Origin: Octopus bimaculoides
Lineage: Eukaryota
NCBI RefSeq assembly: GCF_001194135.2
Contig: NC_068988.1
Span: forward strand, 42,544,132-42,580,658
Length of the DNA stretch: 36,527 nt
Direction of reading: 5' to 3'
In this document: in pieces, positions 9,760 to 20,825 of the stretch
Layout of the letters: the number at the start of each line of letters is the position of its first letter
Position numbering within the stretch: the stretch's first letter is position 1
Made by a program: the position numbers and the translations under genes
The notes under the pieces: generated by a model
What the model saw: only the letters and a program-made list of their open reading frames with translations
Told to the model about the DNA's origin: nothing
Database searches by the model: none

Positions 9760-11542
9760 GTGATCCTTAAAGTAACATACGGAAGTTAAAAAATTTAAGA
9801 TTAAAAATTGAAATGGAGATAAAGGAAAGTTAGGTACGGTAGATAGGGATTACCTAAGGGGTGTTGTGGATATATGCTGTGTGGTTATTTAGCTTGCATT
9901 TAGAATTATGGTAAAATTTGAAGGTATGAAAAAAACGGTTGTTGCATGTACTTAGGGCATCATTATATTTATTTAGTAGTGTCGAGGAGTTGTATTTTAA
10001 TATGTGGTATGCCTCCGTGAGGCATAACTTACAGGCTAAGCGTTAACTCTGGTATGGAAGCCCTGAATTTATTATGGACCATGACAAAATGTAAAGGATA
10101 TTTCTGCTTTTGAGATGATGTATGTGACTGGCGAGTGTTGTAGATTTACTGTGTTTCTCGTATCTAAAAGTATTGAGATGGGTGGCATATCGCTGTTTAA
10201 ATTTATGGTCGATCCTATATATATATATATAGCTGCAGAATTGTGTAATGTGTTGAGGGCGGTGCATTTATAAATTACATTAGATCTTCTACAATGGGTT
10301 TGTAGAGGGCAGATGGACCCAGGACAGCAGTTACAAGTGAGTGTATTTTGGGGATTATTTTCAGGAATGGAGGAGGTAATACTGTCAGAGGAGAGGTTAG
10401 AGATGGGGGTAGAAAGGTCTAAGTTACTAGTATTATTATTACTATTATCGTTATTATTGCTATTGTTGTTGTTAATTATTCTATCTGTAACGGTGGTGGA
10501 AGTGGTAGTATCGTGGATAGTGTTAGTAGGATAGGTTGGGTTATGGTTGTGGTCTAACATATGGGGTTCAATGTTGGAAATGTGTACATGTTGGGTGTTC
10601 GTGTATTCAGAGTTGTTATAGTATGAGTTTTGATAGTAGAGAGAAAGCTTTTGTTTATTAGAGGCTGCTATGATAGACTCGAAGTTGGGTGGGGTGAAAT
10701 AGGATAACTTCAGGGTAGATCTTTTAAAGATAGAGTAATATTTATGTCGACGAGGGAAGTTGGAGTCTAGTATATTAAAGAAGGATTTAGCTAAGTTCTT
10801 AACGTTTAGTGAGAAGGCGGGTGTATAACATAGAATAGAGCGTCCACCACTTTTTTGTGGGGTGCTTAGGGGTAGTGCTATCTATATTTCTGGAAAATAC
10901 AGTGGGGTAGCATGATCTGTTGTTAGCTGTTTTAGCTTTTGACCTAGTGTTATATGTATGCGTGTTGGGGTCTAGGTTGTCTTAATACGGGTTCTCCCGG
11001 GGCTCTAGCATAGTGTATGTGTGGTCTGGTGTGATTCAGATGGTTGGTGTGTCGTTGCGATGTGATTTGAGATATATGTTGTTTAAGCCTAGTATTAGGG
11101 ATGTATTTTATTTGTTGGGAGAAACCGCTGGCAGCGAGCGCTTGGTTTTAATATGCTGCGTGGTTATTGAATATTTCCTCAGTGAAAGAGATGTCAGATA
11201 TACAGATCGAGATACCCCTGACTATGTTATCAAAGGTGTATTTGTGGTGATTGAAATGAATGTTTAGGTATTTAAGGTATTGATTAGGTTTAAGGTATTT
11301 GGTTAGGGAGTATTGGGAGGTTTCTAAGTTTAAAGTTACGTCTAAAAATTTAGTAGTTTTCTGGGAATTTTCAACCGTAATTGACAGGTTTAGGCTAGAA
11401 AAAAATTTGTGTAGATCTTTTCTAGCTCGTTCGAAGGAGGATTTATTATTTATTTACGCTCTTGGTAAGTAGCAAGGCGTCATCTCTGTAGAGGCCTCCC
11501 TTGAGGTTAGGGAAATGTATTTGGAGCTAGTGGAGTATGTAT

Positions 11543-11545
<3 letters not shown>
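9760..11545 (-). mobile_element. Penelope-like retroelement (PLE2), 5'-truncated and pseudogenised
   Basis: RT catalytic motif GLYRDD at 11479-11496, then ERARKDLHKFF..LNLSITVEN..KFLDVTLNL. Thumb: NIVRGIS..ISDIS..EEIFN. It continues FPRRHKYYSIFKRSTLKLSY, an N/T-rich linker, TCNC..ICPL..C, VIY..YIG, FKQRYATHLNTF..TTLASHIHHLK..WSII, and CKLCLTE. Confidence 0.93.

Positions 11546-11627
<82 letters not shown>
11546..11627. repeat. (GA)n microsatellite at the PLE2 5' junction
   Basis: Read directly. Confidence 0.95.
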
Positions 11628-11629
<2 letters not shown>

Positions 11630-12069
11630 CTAATGTTTTACAGGGGTGATAACAGAAAATACTGCGGAATGGATATCTGTGTGTAAACAGTAAAAGAGTT
11701 TAGTTGTGCGGCCGTTATAGTTACGTTACAGTTTCCTTGTAGGGAATTATTCGAATGGCATATGATAGCTCATTTGCCACCTTTAAAATGGTAGAATTTT
11801 TGCATCATGCGTACTGAAATCATCAAAGGAAGTAACTTCTGGATATTTTTAAAGATGTAGTTTCCTTTATATTTGAAGTACCTACGTGTCTCGAGCAAAT
11901 TTCTGATAAAGGTTGTAATTTAGGTTAAAAATGCAATGGGTATTCTCAGGTTTGAGAAAAAATAGAAAGTTGAAGTAGGAAAATTATAAATTCAAAAGTA
12001 CTTAGCTACGTAGAAAAAAAAATGGAACGAAACAAACGAAAAATGTAAAATACTACTACTAATAATAAT

Positions 12070-12254
12070 AATGGTTTTAAATTTTGGCACAAGGCCAGCA
12101 ATTTCGATGAGAGTAGGAAAGTCGACTACCTCAGTACTCAATCTATTTATTGACCCCAAAAGGATGAAAGGCATGGTCAACCTCGAAGGAATTGGAACGA
12201 TATGTCGCTAAGCATTTTTGACTGGCGTGCTAATGATTCAGCCAGCTTGCCGCC
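12070..12254 (-). mobile_element. SINE family B copy (diverged)
   Basis: Homologous to 19441-19654 (ggcacaaggcc..aaggatgaaaggc..gccagc..gccgcc). Confidence 0.8.
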
Positions 12255-12258
12255 TTAT

Positions 12259-12311
<53 letters not shown>

Positions 12312-12319
12312 AATTATTA

Positions 12320-12885
12320 TTATTATTTCTTTTATTAGCCACAAGGCCTCACATACAATAACATTAAATGACATGCAACAACATAAAAGACAAAAATGGG
12401 ACGTTACAATGGGCTTTCCGCGTGTAAACAAAACTTAAAAGTAAAAAATTAAACAAATTAAATCTCTCAACAGGAAAGGCGCTTTAAGGTCTTCGTGGAA
12501 ATCCACATAACATCTACGGGTGCCTGATCAACAAGGCAAGAGCCCTTCTCTTTTTACATTTCATAGATGTACGCTCAGAATTGGTCCTTTCACACTGGCC
12601 ATTCCTCCAACATTCACCCACTTTTCAACAAACTTACTACAAGGTAACACTTCCCTCTCCACCCTCAACTTCCTTTTCAAGTGAAACTTGAAAAAGCTGA
12701 AGAATGCTTCGCAAAAGAGGAAAATGTCTGTCTTTAGTCCTTTCAAACGGGTCCACCATACTACTTCTTTCGCTACAGCCACTAGACAAATAAAAATTGC
12801 CTCCCCCGGCCAAAAGAGGGCGGCAGGGCAATCTTCACAATGGATTCAGCTGATAGCCGGATCCGTCTTACACGCGACAGTAGAC
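12320..12885 (-). mobile_element. Tx1/L1-clade LINE 3' fragment with an (AAT)n tail
   Basis: VAKEVVWWTRLKGL..FFKFHLKRKLRVERE.L...F.EKWV resembles the L1/Tx1 ORF2 C-terminus (AK..IW..R ... ERW pattern). AATAAA and (AAT)n follow. Confidence 0.65.
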
Positions 12886-13340
12886 ATTCGACAATAACTC
12901 ACAGTATATATATATCTGTGAAAATATGTGACACTTATTCGGTAGCCATGATAAAACTCCGAGTTTCGGATGCCGGGGCGGAAACTTTATTTTTACACAT
13001 AAATTCCTCTGTTTACATAATATCGATGTCTCTTTCTTTCTTTTGTTGTCCTTTCTATCAATATATATTTTTTTTTTCCGTCCTTGTTTTTTGTATACAT
13101 TCGCTGGTTTCTTCCAGGGAATCTAATGCTCTTAGCTTAATTTTTCCTCGGGACTGGCCAGATTGGAGCAGTCTCGAGTATAATCAGCCGAAATTGTGAA
13201 GATAATCTGGTACTCGACTGAGGAAAGAAAACTTCGAATGACCCGTCCTTGCTTTCTTTGTATCGTGTATCTGGATGTTTTGTTGTCCCATTTTTGTATT
13301 ACCTAACTGTCCGGATGGTTTGCGTTCTTGCCCCATTTTG

Positions 13341-13385
<45 letters not shown>

Positions 13386-13403
13386 ACAGATGAGGAATTA
13401 TGT

Positions 13404-13457
13404 ACATTATTTACATTTGACGGATGAGGACAAATATCCGTCAAATGTAAATAATGT
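13404..13457. repeat. Perfect 22-bp inverted repeat with a 10-nt spacer between (TA)n tracts
   Basis: acattatttacatttgacggat / atccgtcaaatgtaaataatgt. Confidence 0.9.
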
Positions 13458-14309
13458 AAATAATATATATATATATACATAACTCAGCATGTTACGTGCA
13501 ACCGCTAGAACCTACATGGAAGTGTTCTGGTGTTTTTAATAAAACTTTATGTTTGCTGGCGCTTTCCAATAAACTTTTTTTCTGAATCTTTCAAATTGTA
13601 AAATTAATTTATGGACGCCCTGTATGAAGAGCATGTTTTTATTTTCTTAATTTATGACTTGGTTTTCTCTCTAGTTGTCCAGTAATTATATAGTCCTTAA
13701 TATCTGCGTGTAACCAAAGCAGTAAATGTTTGAGTGATACCCTTAGCTCCTCATTGTTTCAACTGCTTAAATATATTTTACGCCTTTTGCTGAATAATGA
13801 TTTTGGAGAGTGGCAAGCGTGGGATAGAGTGACATATCATATATCCAGGGCCGTTTTAACAGAATTATAAGCTTCCGGGTAACGCAAAGCAATACAGCAA
13901 CACAGACTAGCATTGAACCCCAAGACGCACTGCGTCTACCCAAACGCTAAACAAAATTTTCTGTACTCGCCATGAATTTACTATCTCTAAGTGTTTGTTT
14001 AGTAAAGTTACGCTCAAATGATTTTACAGGATAACATATATTTGATCATTATGTTTTTTTTTTAATTTGACGGTGTAAATTAAAAAGAATCTGGAATAAC
14101 ATGTTGATTTTGTCCTACTTCTTTTTTCTTTGTTGTCTGGTATGTAACGAAATTGTTTTATGCTTACGTGACATGATAGGATAAAAAAGAGCACTGAGTA
14201 ATTTTTTTTTTCTAATTATTGTATTTTAAAAAAAATTAGAAGTTGCTACGAATCTAGAACAATGTTGCACAAATTGATTCACCTAAACGCAAAAGTAAAC
14301 CAACTATGA

Positions 14310-14597
14310 CAGGTAACAAGAGGTTTCCTTGTGGCTGCTAATTTGCTGCAACAGTAACCTTCTGTAATGTGAAACGAGGGTCCTCCGTGAGCCAAAGGTT
14401 CATAAGTCTGGTTTCCGGATTCTGTGACGTATCCAGCCCCTTCCCTTAACGGTACGCCGATCCATCATAAGATTAGATACTTTTGCCAGCTGAGTGGACT
14501 GGAGCAACGTGAAGTGAAGGGTTTTGCTCAGTCTAAGAATCGAAACCACAATCTCGCGATTAAGAGTGCGACACTGACCACTAAACCACGTGGTTAC
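14310..14597 (-). mobile_element. tRNA-derived SINE family C
   Basis: The reverse complement begins with a tRNA-like head (gtggtttagtggtcagtgtcgcactc..gtggtttcgattc), followed by ttcacgttgctccagtccactcagctgg. Confidence 0.65.
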
Positions 14598-14618
14598 TCA
14601 CACACACACACAATCACG

Positions 14619-14664
<46 letters not shown>

Positions 14665-14668
<4 letters not shown>

Positions 14669-14759
14669 ACAATGTAACCTCGTGGGCATTGGTGCCGATT
14701 TTTTCTTCCTCCGTTTTTCCATTCTTTGAACTTTCCTTGTTTCCGACGAAGGGCTCCGC
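14665..14759 (+). mobile_element. Short (TA)n-adjacent element with the 5' half of a hammerhead-like motif, cut by an assembly gap
   Basis: Begins caatgtaac like 16195 and ends ttt-CCGACGA-A-GGGC-UCCGC at the gap. Homologous to 16195-16276. Confidence 0.5.
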
Positions 14760-15627
14760 NNNNNNNNNNNNNNNNNNNNNNNNNNNNNNNNNNNNNNNNN
14801 NNNNNNNNNNNNNNNNNNNNNNNNNNNNNNNNNNNNNNNNNNNNNNNNNNNNNNNNNNNNNNNNNNNNNNNNNNNNNNNNNNNNNNNNNNNNNNNNNNNN
14901 NNNNNNNNNNNNNNNNNNNNNNNNNNNNNNNNNNNNNNNNNNNNNNNNNNNNNNNNNNNNNNNNNNNNNNNNNNNNNNNNNNNNNNNNNNNNNNNNNNNN
15001 NNNNNNNNNNNNNNNNNNNNNNNNNNNNNNNNNNNNNNNNNNNNNNNNNNNNNNNNNNNNNNNNNNNNNNNNNNNNNNNNNNNNNNNNNNNNNNNNNNNN
15101 NNNNNNNNNNNNNNNNNNNNNNNNNNNNNNNNNNNNNNNNNNNNNNNNNNNNNNNNNNNNNNNNNNNNNNNNNNNNNNNNNNNNNNNNNNNNNNNNNNNN
15201 NNNNNNNNNNNNNNNNNNNNNNNNNNNNNNNNNNNNNNNNNNNNNNNNNNNNNNNNNNNNNNNNNNNNNNNNNNNNNNNNNNNNNNNNNNNNNNNNNNNN
15301 NNNNNNNNNNNNNNNNNNNNNNNNNNNNNNNNNNNNNNNNNNNNNNNNNNNNNNNNNNNNNNNNNNNNNNNNNNNNNNNNNNNNNNNNNNNNNNNNNNNN
15401 NNNNNNNNNNNNNNNNNNNNNNNNNNNNNNNNNNNNNNNNNNNNNNNNNNNNNNNNNNNNNNNNNNNNNNNNNNNNNNNNNNNNNNNNNNNNNNNNNNNN
15501 NNNNNNNNNNNNNNNNNNNNNNNNNNNNNNNNNNNNNNNNNNNNNNNNNNNNNNNNNNNNNNNNNNNNNNNNNNNNNNNNNNNNNNNNNNNNNNNNNNNN
15601 NNNNNTATATATATATATATATATATG

Positions 15628-15788
15628 GGAGAATATACGAAAAAACAACAACAGACGAGGACAGGTGGTGTAAATAACAAAAGGATGTATTAGTATGACG
15701 CTCGGGAATACGGAAAGTCTTTGACGTTTCGAGCTACGCTCTTCAACAGAAAGAATACGGAGACAAGGAGAAAAACACGGAGAATATA
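15628..15788 (-). mobile_element. 151-nt retrozyme-like monomer with a 10-nt terminal direct repeat, between two (TA)n tracts
   Basis: ggagaatata occurs at 15628-15637 and 15779-15788. One hammerhead motif lies inside. Confidence 0.6.
15718..15754 (-). ncRNA. Minimal type I hammerhead motif with variant core CUGUUGA
   Basis: UCUUU CUGUUGA A GAGC-GUA-GCUC GAAA CG UC AAAGA. 5-bp stem I, 4-bp stem II, palindromic ACGU stem III, GUC triplet. Confidence 0.75.
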
Positions 15789-15914
15789 TATATATATACG
15801 TGTGTGTGTGTGTGTGTATGCGTGTGTAAAGTATAAAGGTTTGTTCACAGGGCTCCGAGGTTATAGCCAGGAAGGTAGTTATGGAGCCATTGTAGATTTC
15901 CAATATAGCGGATT

Positions 15915-16180
15915 TATAATTATTAAAGAGAACAACAAACGTTAAGGCAAGACAAACAACTCAAGTCGTACACGTTATTATTACTGGAAAAATTCAAAGT
16001 CTTATGGCTGTTTCTGAGATATCCCAGAGTGTGGGATATTCCGTCATCGGAGACAAACAGGGAAAACGAGAAGGGTATAGATTAATGAAATGATGACACA
16101 GAGGACAGGAGAAAAGGAATAAGATGAAGAAAGAGATGTTTGTCTTGCCTTAACGTTTGTTGTTCTCTTTAAAAATTATA
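15915..16180 (-). mobile_element. Mini PLE-like element, 266 bp, with 44-bp terminal inverted repeats and an internal hammerhead
   Basis: 15915-15958 is the reverse complement of 16137-16180 (1 mismatch). Hammerhead motif at 15999-16054. Confidence 0.7.
15999..16054 (-). ncRNA. Degenerate hammerhead motif (CCGAUGA core)
   Basis: GUCU CCGAUGA cgga AUAUCCCA-cacuc-UGGGAUAU cuca GAAA CAGCCA UA AGAC. Same architecture as 8436-8483. Confidence 0.65.
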
Positions 16181-16194
16181 TATATATATATCAG

Positions 16195-16276
16195 CAATGT
16201 AACTACACACGGTGGCGATATTTTCGCTTTCTTCGAACTTTTTCCTTTCTCTTTTCCGACGAAGAGCTATGCTCGA
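16195..16276 (+). mobile_element. Short element ending in a truncated hammerhead-like motif
   Basis: CCGACGA A GAGC-UAU-GCUC GA at 16256-16276, cut at the junction with a LINE fragment. Confidence 0.55.
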
Positions 16277-16470
16277 GATCTCAGAGGTGTAGATGGGGAT
16301 ATGTTCAAGCAACAATTGGACAAATTTTTATCTAATATATCAAATTAACCCACACCACGGCAAGAAACGCAAAGAAAGGAAGCTCTGTCCGACTCACTAT
16401 TTCATCAGGACCGATTCAGGAGACAGGACAGGGAAATGAGCCTAAAATAAACAAGCATTATAACTAATGA
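16277..16470 (+). mobile_element. CR1/L2-group LINE extreme 3' fragment
   Basis: DLRGVDGDMFKQQLDKFLSNISN*P...A.SDSL resembles the FK..LD.FL..IPD.P C-terminus of CR1-group ORF2. Confidence 0.55.
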
Positions 16471-16842
16471 CAGTATCCCAGAGTTGCCAGAATGCTTGTT
16501 TCTTTTAGACTCAAGGGTCGAAAGTTTCGAGCACAGCACTTACCAAACTGACTTCGAATTTGTGGGTTTCGTTTAATAAACATTGACTTTCATTTTATAT
16601 GAAAGTAGACGCCTAAATTTGAAGTCAGTTTTGGTAAGTATTTTGCAAGAAACTCTCCACCCTTCAGAAACTATGCAATATCTGCCGAATATATATGGTA
16701 AAAAGTGCGTTAAATGAAGAATCGGTGACGAGTGAAAACCCTGTGCGCGTTCTAAAAACCACTTCATTCCATCATACCCCAATATTTAACTATTTTCTTT
16801 AACCAATACACAGTGAACGCTTGTAAGCTTATTATTATTATT

Positions 16843-16919
16843 TAAATTCCGCCGAGGTCGACTTTGCCTTTCATCCTTTTGGAGTCGATAAATTAAGTAT
16901 CAGTGAAACACTGAGGTCG
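16843..16919 (+). mobile_element. SINE family B fragment
   Basis: aaattccgccgaggtcgactttgcctttcatcc matches 19441-19654. Confidence 0.8.
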
Positions 16920-16951
<32 letters not shown>

Positions 16952-17066
16952 GCTTTTTTTTCTTCTTTCTTCAAATTTTCTTCCATTTCTCGCCGAGTGT
17001 TTTCCGTACACCTAGGGCAGTGAAACTCGTTGTATGCATTCCCAGTTTACACACGCAAATTCACAG

Positions 17067-17098
<32 letters not shown>

Positions 17099-17453
17099 TA
17101 TTTATAAAATAAAGGATGCGTAGCGTTCCATTCATTAATAAGTCAAAAACAGTACCGTAAATGCACAAACGAACGGAAAAACAGACACAGAAGGTCCCCC
17201 GATTCCTCATCAGTTATCGGCCAGAAGTTCAAACGCAAATTCGCGCCCTTGACGGTAATATTATCTCCTTTCTGGTGGCGACCAGCAAGAAGCTGTCAAG
17301 CAATGGAACCAAAATAGAACGAGAACGGACAAACAATAAATGGATAAACAAGCAATACAGAAGTAAACATACGAAAATGAATAAATGTAATTCAAGACGA
17401 AACCGTTAGTGGACGGACGAAGGACAAACACGAAATAAATGAACAAATGGTGT

Positions 17454-17513
<60 letters not shown>

Positions 17514-17750
17514 CGTGCGTATATTGTGTATATAACGACAATATAATAATTATTACTAAGAGGATGTTNNNNNNNNNNNNNNNNNNNNNNNNNNNNNNNN
17601 NNNNNNNNNNNNNNNNNNNNNNNNNNNNNNNNNNNNNNNNNNNNNNNNNNNNNNNNNNNNNNNNNNNNNNNNNNNNNNNNNNNNNNNNNNNNNNNNNNNN
17701 NNNNNNNNNNNNNNNNNNNNNNNNNNNNNNNNNNNNNNNNNNNNNNNNNN

Positions 17751-18062
17751 CCAACTTTGATGTGAAGCTCGGTACTTATTCTATTGGTTCCTTTTCGCCG
17801 ATACGCTAACTTACTAAGTTACAGGAGTGTAAAGAAACCAACACCGGTTGTCAAGCGGTAGTGGGAGGCAAGCATAAACACACACACACATATCTATAGA
17901 AAGATATTGATACAGATTCGACAGCGGACTTCTTTCAGTTGCCATCAACCAAATATACTCACAAGGCTTTGACCGGTCTGAAACAATAGATGTCTTACAC
18001 AGTGGGACTGAACCAGAACCATCTAGTCGGGAAGCAAACTTCTTACCACTCAGCCATACTCA
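17751..18062 (-). mobile_element. Diverged SINE family A copy; 3' end lies in a gap
   Basis: Central domain (cttctttcagttgccatcaaccaaat..ctcacaaggctttg) and head (cagtgggactgaacc..cttcttaccactcagcca). Confidence 0.75.
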
Positions 18063-18375
18063 CTCACAATACATGTGTTCGGCTTCAAGTTAGTCCTGAA
18101 GAGTAAATGAATCTCCGTCGATTTCGACGATGTACATTCAGAAGCTTAATCAACTGAGCGAATTCTATCAGCTCAACAGCTGATAGAATTAAAGGGGATT
18201 ATCTTTAATGTACTCCGCAGAAAGAATTAGCGGGAACGACAGCGTGTGACAAAGCCTCACCTTTGAATGACAGGTGTAATTCACCTGACTGGCTTCTACG
18301 TACACAGTTCGTTCCGTCTACCCCAATTTCACCCCCAAGATGCCACGCATAGCATTTGCGCGCGCACGCGTTTTG

Positions 18376-18742
18376 TGAAGAAGAAGACGAAGAAGACGAA
18401 GAAGAACAACAACAACAACAACAACAACAACACTAGCAAGAAGAAGAAGAAGAAGAAGAAGAAGAACAAGAAGAACAAGAAGAAGACGTCTTCCCCACTA
18501 AAATATCGGGCACAAAACTGAAGTGGGTGTCACATAAGAAAACGTATCTTATTTTAAACTTACCTTACTGTTTGAGATAACCAAATATGTTCCTGTTTAT
18601 TAAATGTTCACTCGCTCGTTGGTCTATGGTGATTAAAATTTACCTCAAGAGTTTCACAGGTGTCACTACTACTGCTGTTGCTACTGCTTCTGTTGCTGCT
18701 GCTACTGCTGTTTTCTTTTTGTTGACACTGATTTAAATACAA

Positions 18743-18788
<46 letters not shown>

Positions 18789-19260
18789 CAACAACAATTA
18801 TTATTATTGTTATAATAATCGCAACAGTAACTACTACTATTATTAGTACCACTTCTACCACTACCACTACCACCCGATATCACGAACGTTCATTGTGTTT
18901 GTGTGTGTGTGTGTGTGTGTGTGCGGGAGGATGTATGTGAGTGTGGCTGTGTGCGTGTGAGTATGTGTACGCGTACCTGTGTGTGTGTGTATGTGCATCC
19001 AAAGTCTCATATATAAGTATATATATGTGTGTGTGTGTGTGTGTGTGCATGTGTGTGTATGTGTGAGTGTGACTGTGTGTGCATGTGACTGTATGCGTGT
19101 GAGTGCGTGTGTGTGTGTGTGTGTATACCCAGTCTCATATATAAGTATGTGTGTGTGTGACTGTGTGTGCGTGTGTGTGTATGTGTGTGTACGTGCGTAT
19201 CTGTGTGTCTATGGTCGTATGTATCGTGTAGCGCGTGGGTGCTTATGCATGCTGTTATTG
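18376..19260. repeat. Block of simple repeats: (AAG/AAC)n, (TAA/CAA/TTA)n and degenerate (GT)n
   Basis: Read directly. Confidence 0.9.
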
Positions 19261-19440
19261 TAGTTTCTTTTTTGGGTCTTTAGAAATTTCCGTAACCAGT
19301 CAGGCGAGCTGAGTATGAAAAGACATGGGGTATCTTTATTATATCAGGAGTGGCGATGGTGTGAACTGGCAGTAGTAGTAAGGAAATGGTGGTGGCGACA
19401 GCAGCGCGGCGACGGCCGTGGTGGAGAGAGAGGTCATAAT

Positions 19441-19654
19441 ATTCTTTTCTACTCTAGATACAAGGCCCGAAATTTTTGGGGAGGGGCCAGTCGATTAGAT
19501 TGACCTCAGCACGCAACTGGTACTTAATTTATCGATCCCGAAAAGATGAAAAGCAAAGTCGACCTCGGCGGAATTTGAACTCAGAACGTAAAGACAGACG
19601 AAATACCGCTAAGCGTTTCACCCGGCTTGCTAACGTTTCTGCCAGCCCGCCGCC
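19441..19654 (-). mobile_element. SINE family B, full length
   Basis: tRNA-like head ggcggcgggctggcagaaacgttagc..GAGTTCAAATTCC (B-box-like). Multiple homologous copies occur in the window. Confidence 0.9.
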
Positions 19655-19941
19655 TTATAGAGATCATAATATTAAGAGTAGCGGTGGCTGCGGTGTTCAT
19701 GTTTATAGAGGTAGCTGTCTTTTGATTGCTTTCTAATGATGGTGGCATTTCCGCTCGTTTTAGGGCTTCAGGATTTCACCGTGACCCTGACAGGGTAGCT
19801 AACGGGTACTATACAGTGATTTTATCCAGCACTGTTTATTGAGTATTCGCAGCTAAACCTATATATCTACAACCATACCTCTATCCGCAGATTGGGCATC
19901 CGATGGATAAGGGTTTTCATCACCACAGCAAGATGGACCAA

Positions 19942-19977
<36 letters not shown>

Positions 19978-20592
19978 TATTAAATGTGCTAAGTATATTG
20001 GAGTGGGGGTAGTATTAGTGTTATTGGTGCATTGATGGCACTAATGGACTGGAACTCCGAGAGGAAATTCGCTAAGAGGAACAAGTCTGCTTTTTGGCTC
20101 CTCCCTCCACTCGGGCCAAGAAGCAGTCTTGTTTAATCTGGAGAGTGAGGGGTCAAAAAACAATATTGTTTCCTTTATATAGAGAAGTATATATCATTTT
20201 TGTATTTGGTTTCCAAATTTCTTGATGTGAATCTGTGTACTGAAATAGACTTTGTTGTATCCCGGGAGGAAAAATAAAAACGTGAAATTGAACCAGTGCG
20301 TGTGTTTATTATTGACGTAACGACCCTCCCGACATAAAAAAAACCCCCCAGAAACATATGGTTGTGAGGCAAAATGAACATAATGGATAACTGTCAGTGT
20401 ATGATTAAGACAATACTATTGAACAATAAGTCTAACATCTGAGGTCCTCTGAATATGACTATCGGTTAACTTTAGCAAAAACATTATTCTCTTTGCCCTG
20501 CAACAACCAGATAACATAGTTTATATAAAGCAACGATAAGCCTAATCAGCAAATAAAATGAGGTTTTCTGCCTTTTTTATCAGCAAAATTTC

Positions 20593-20761
20593 GGCGAATG
20601 CGTGATTGTGTGATAAGAAGCTTGCTTCTCAACCACATGGTTCCCCGTTCAGTCCCACTGTGTGATACTTTGGGAAAGTGTCTTCTACTATAGCCTCAAG
20701 GCGATCAAAACCTTGTGAGTAGATTTCACAGACGGAAATTGAAAGAAGCCCGTCATATATA

Positions 20762-20825
<64 letters not shown>

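Noticed and set aside
16402-16408. Minus-strand CUGAUGA here and at 17207-17213 and 26151-26157
   Set aside because: No stem II or GAAA follows, so these are chance heptamers.
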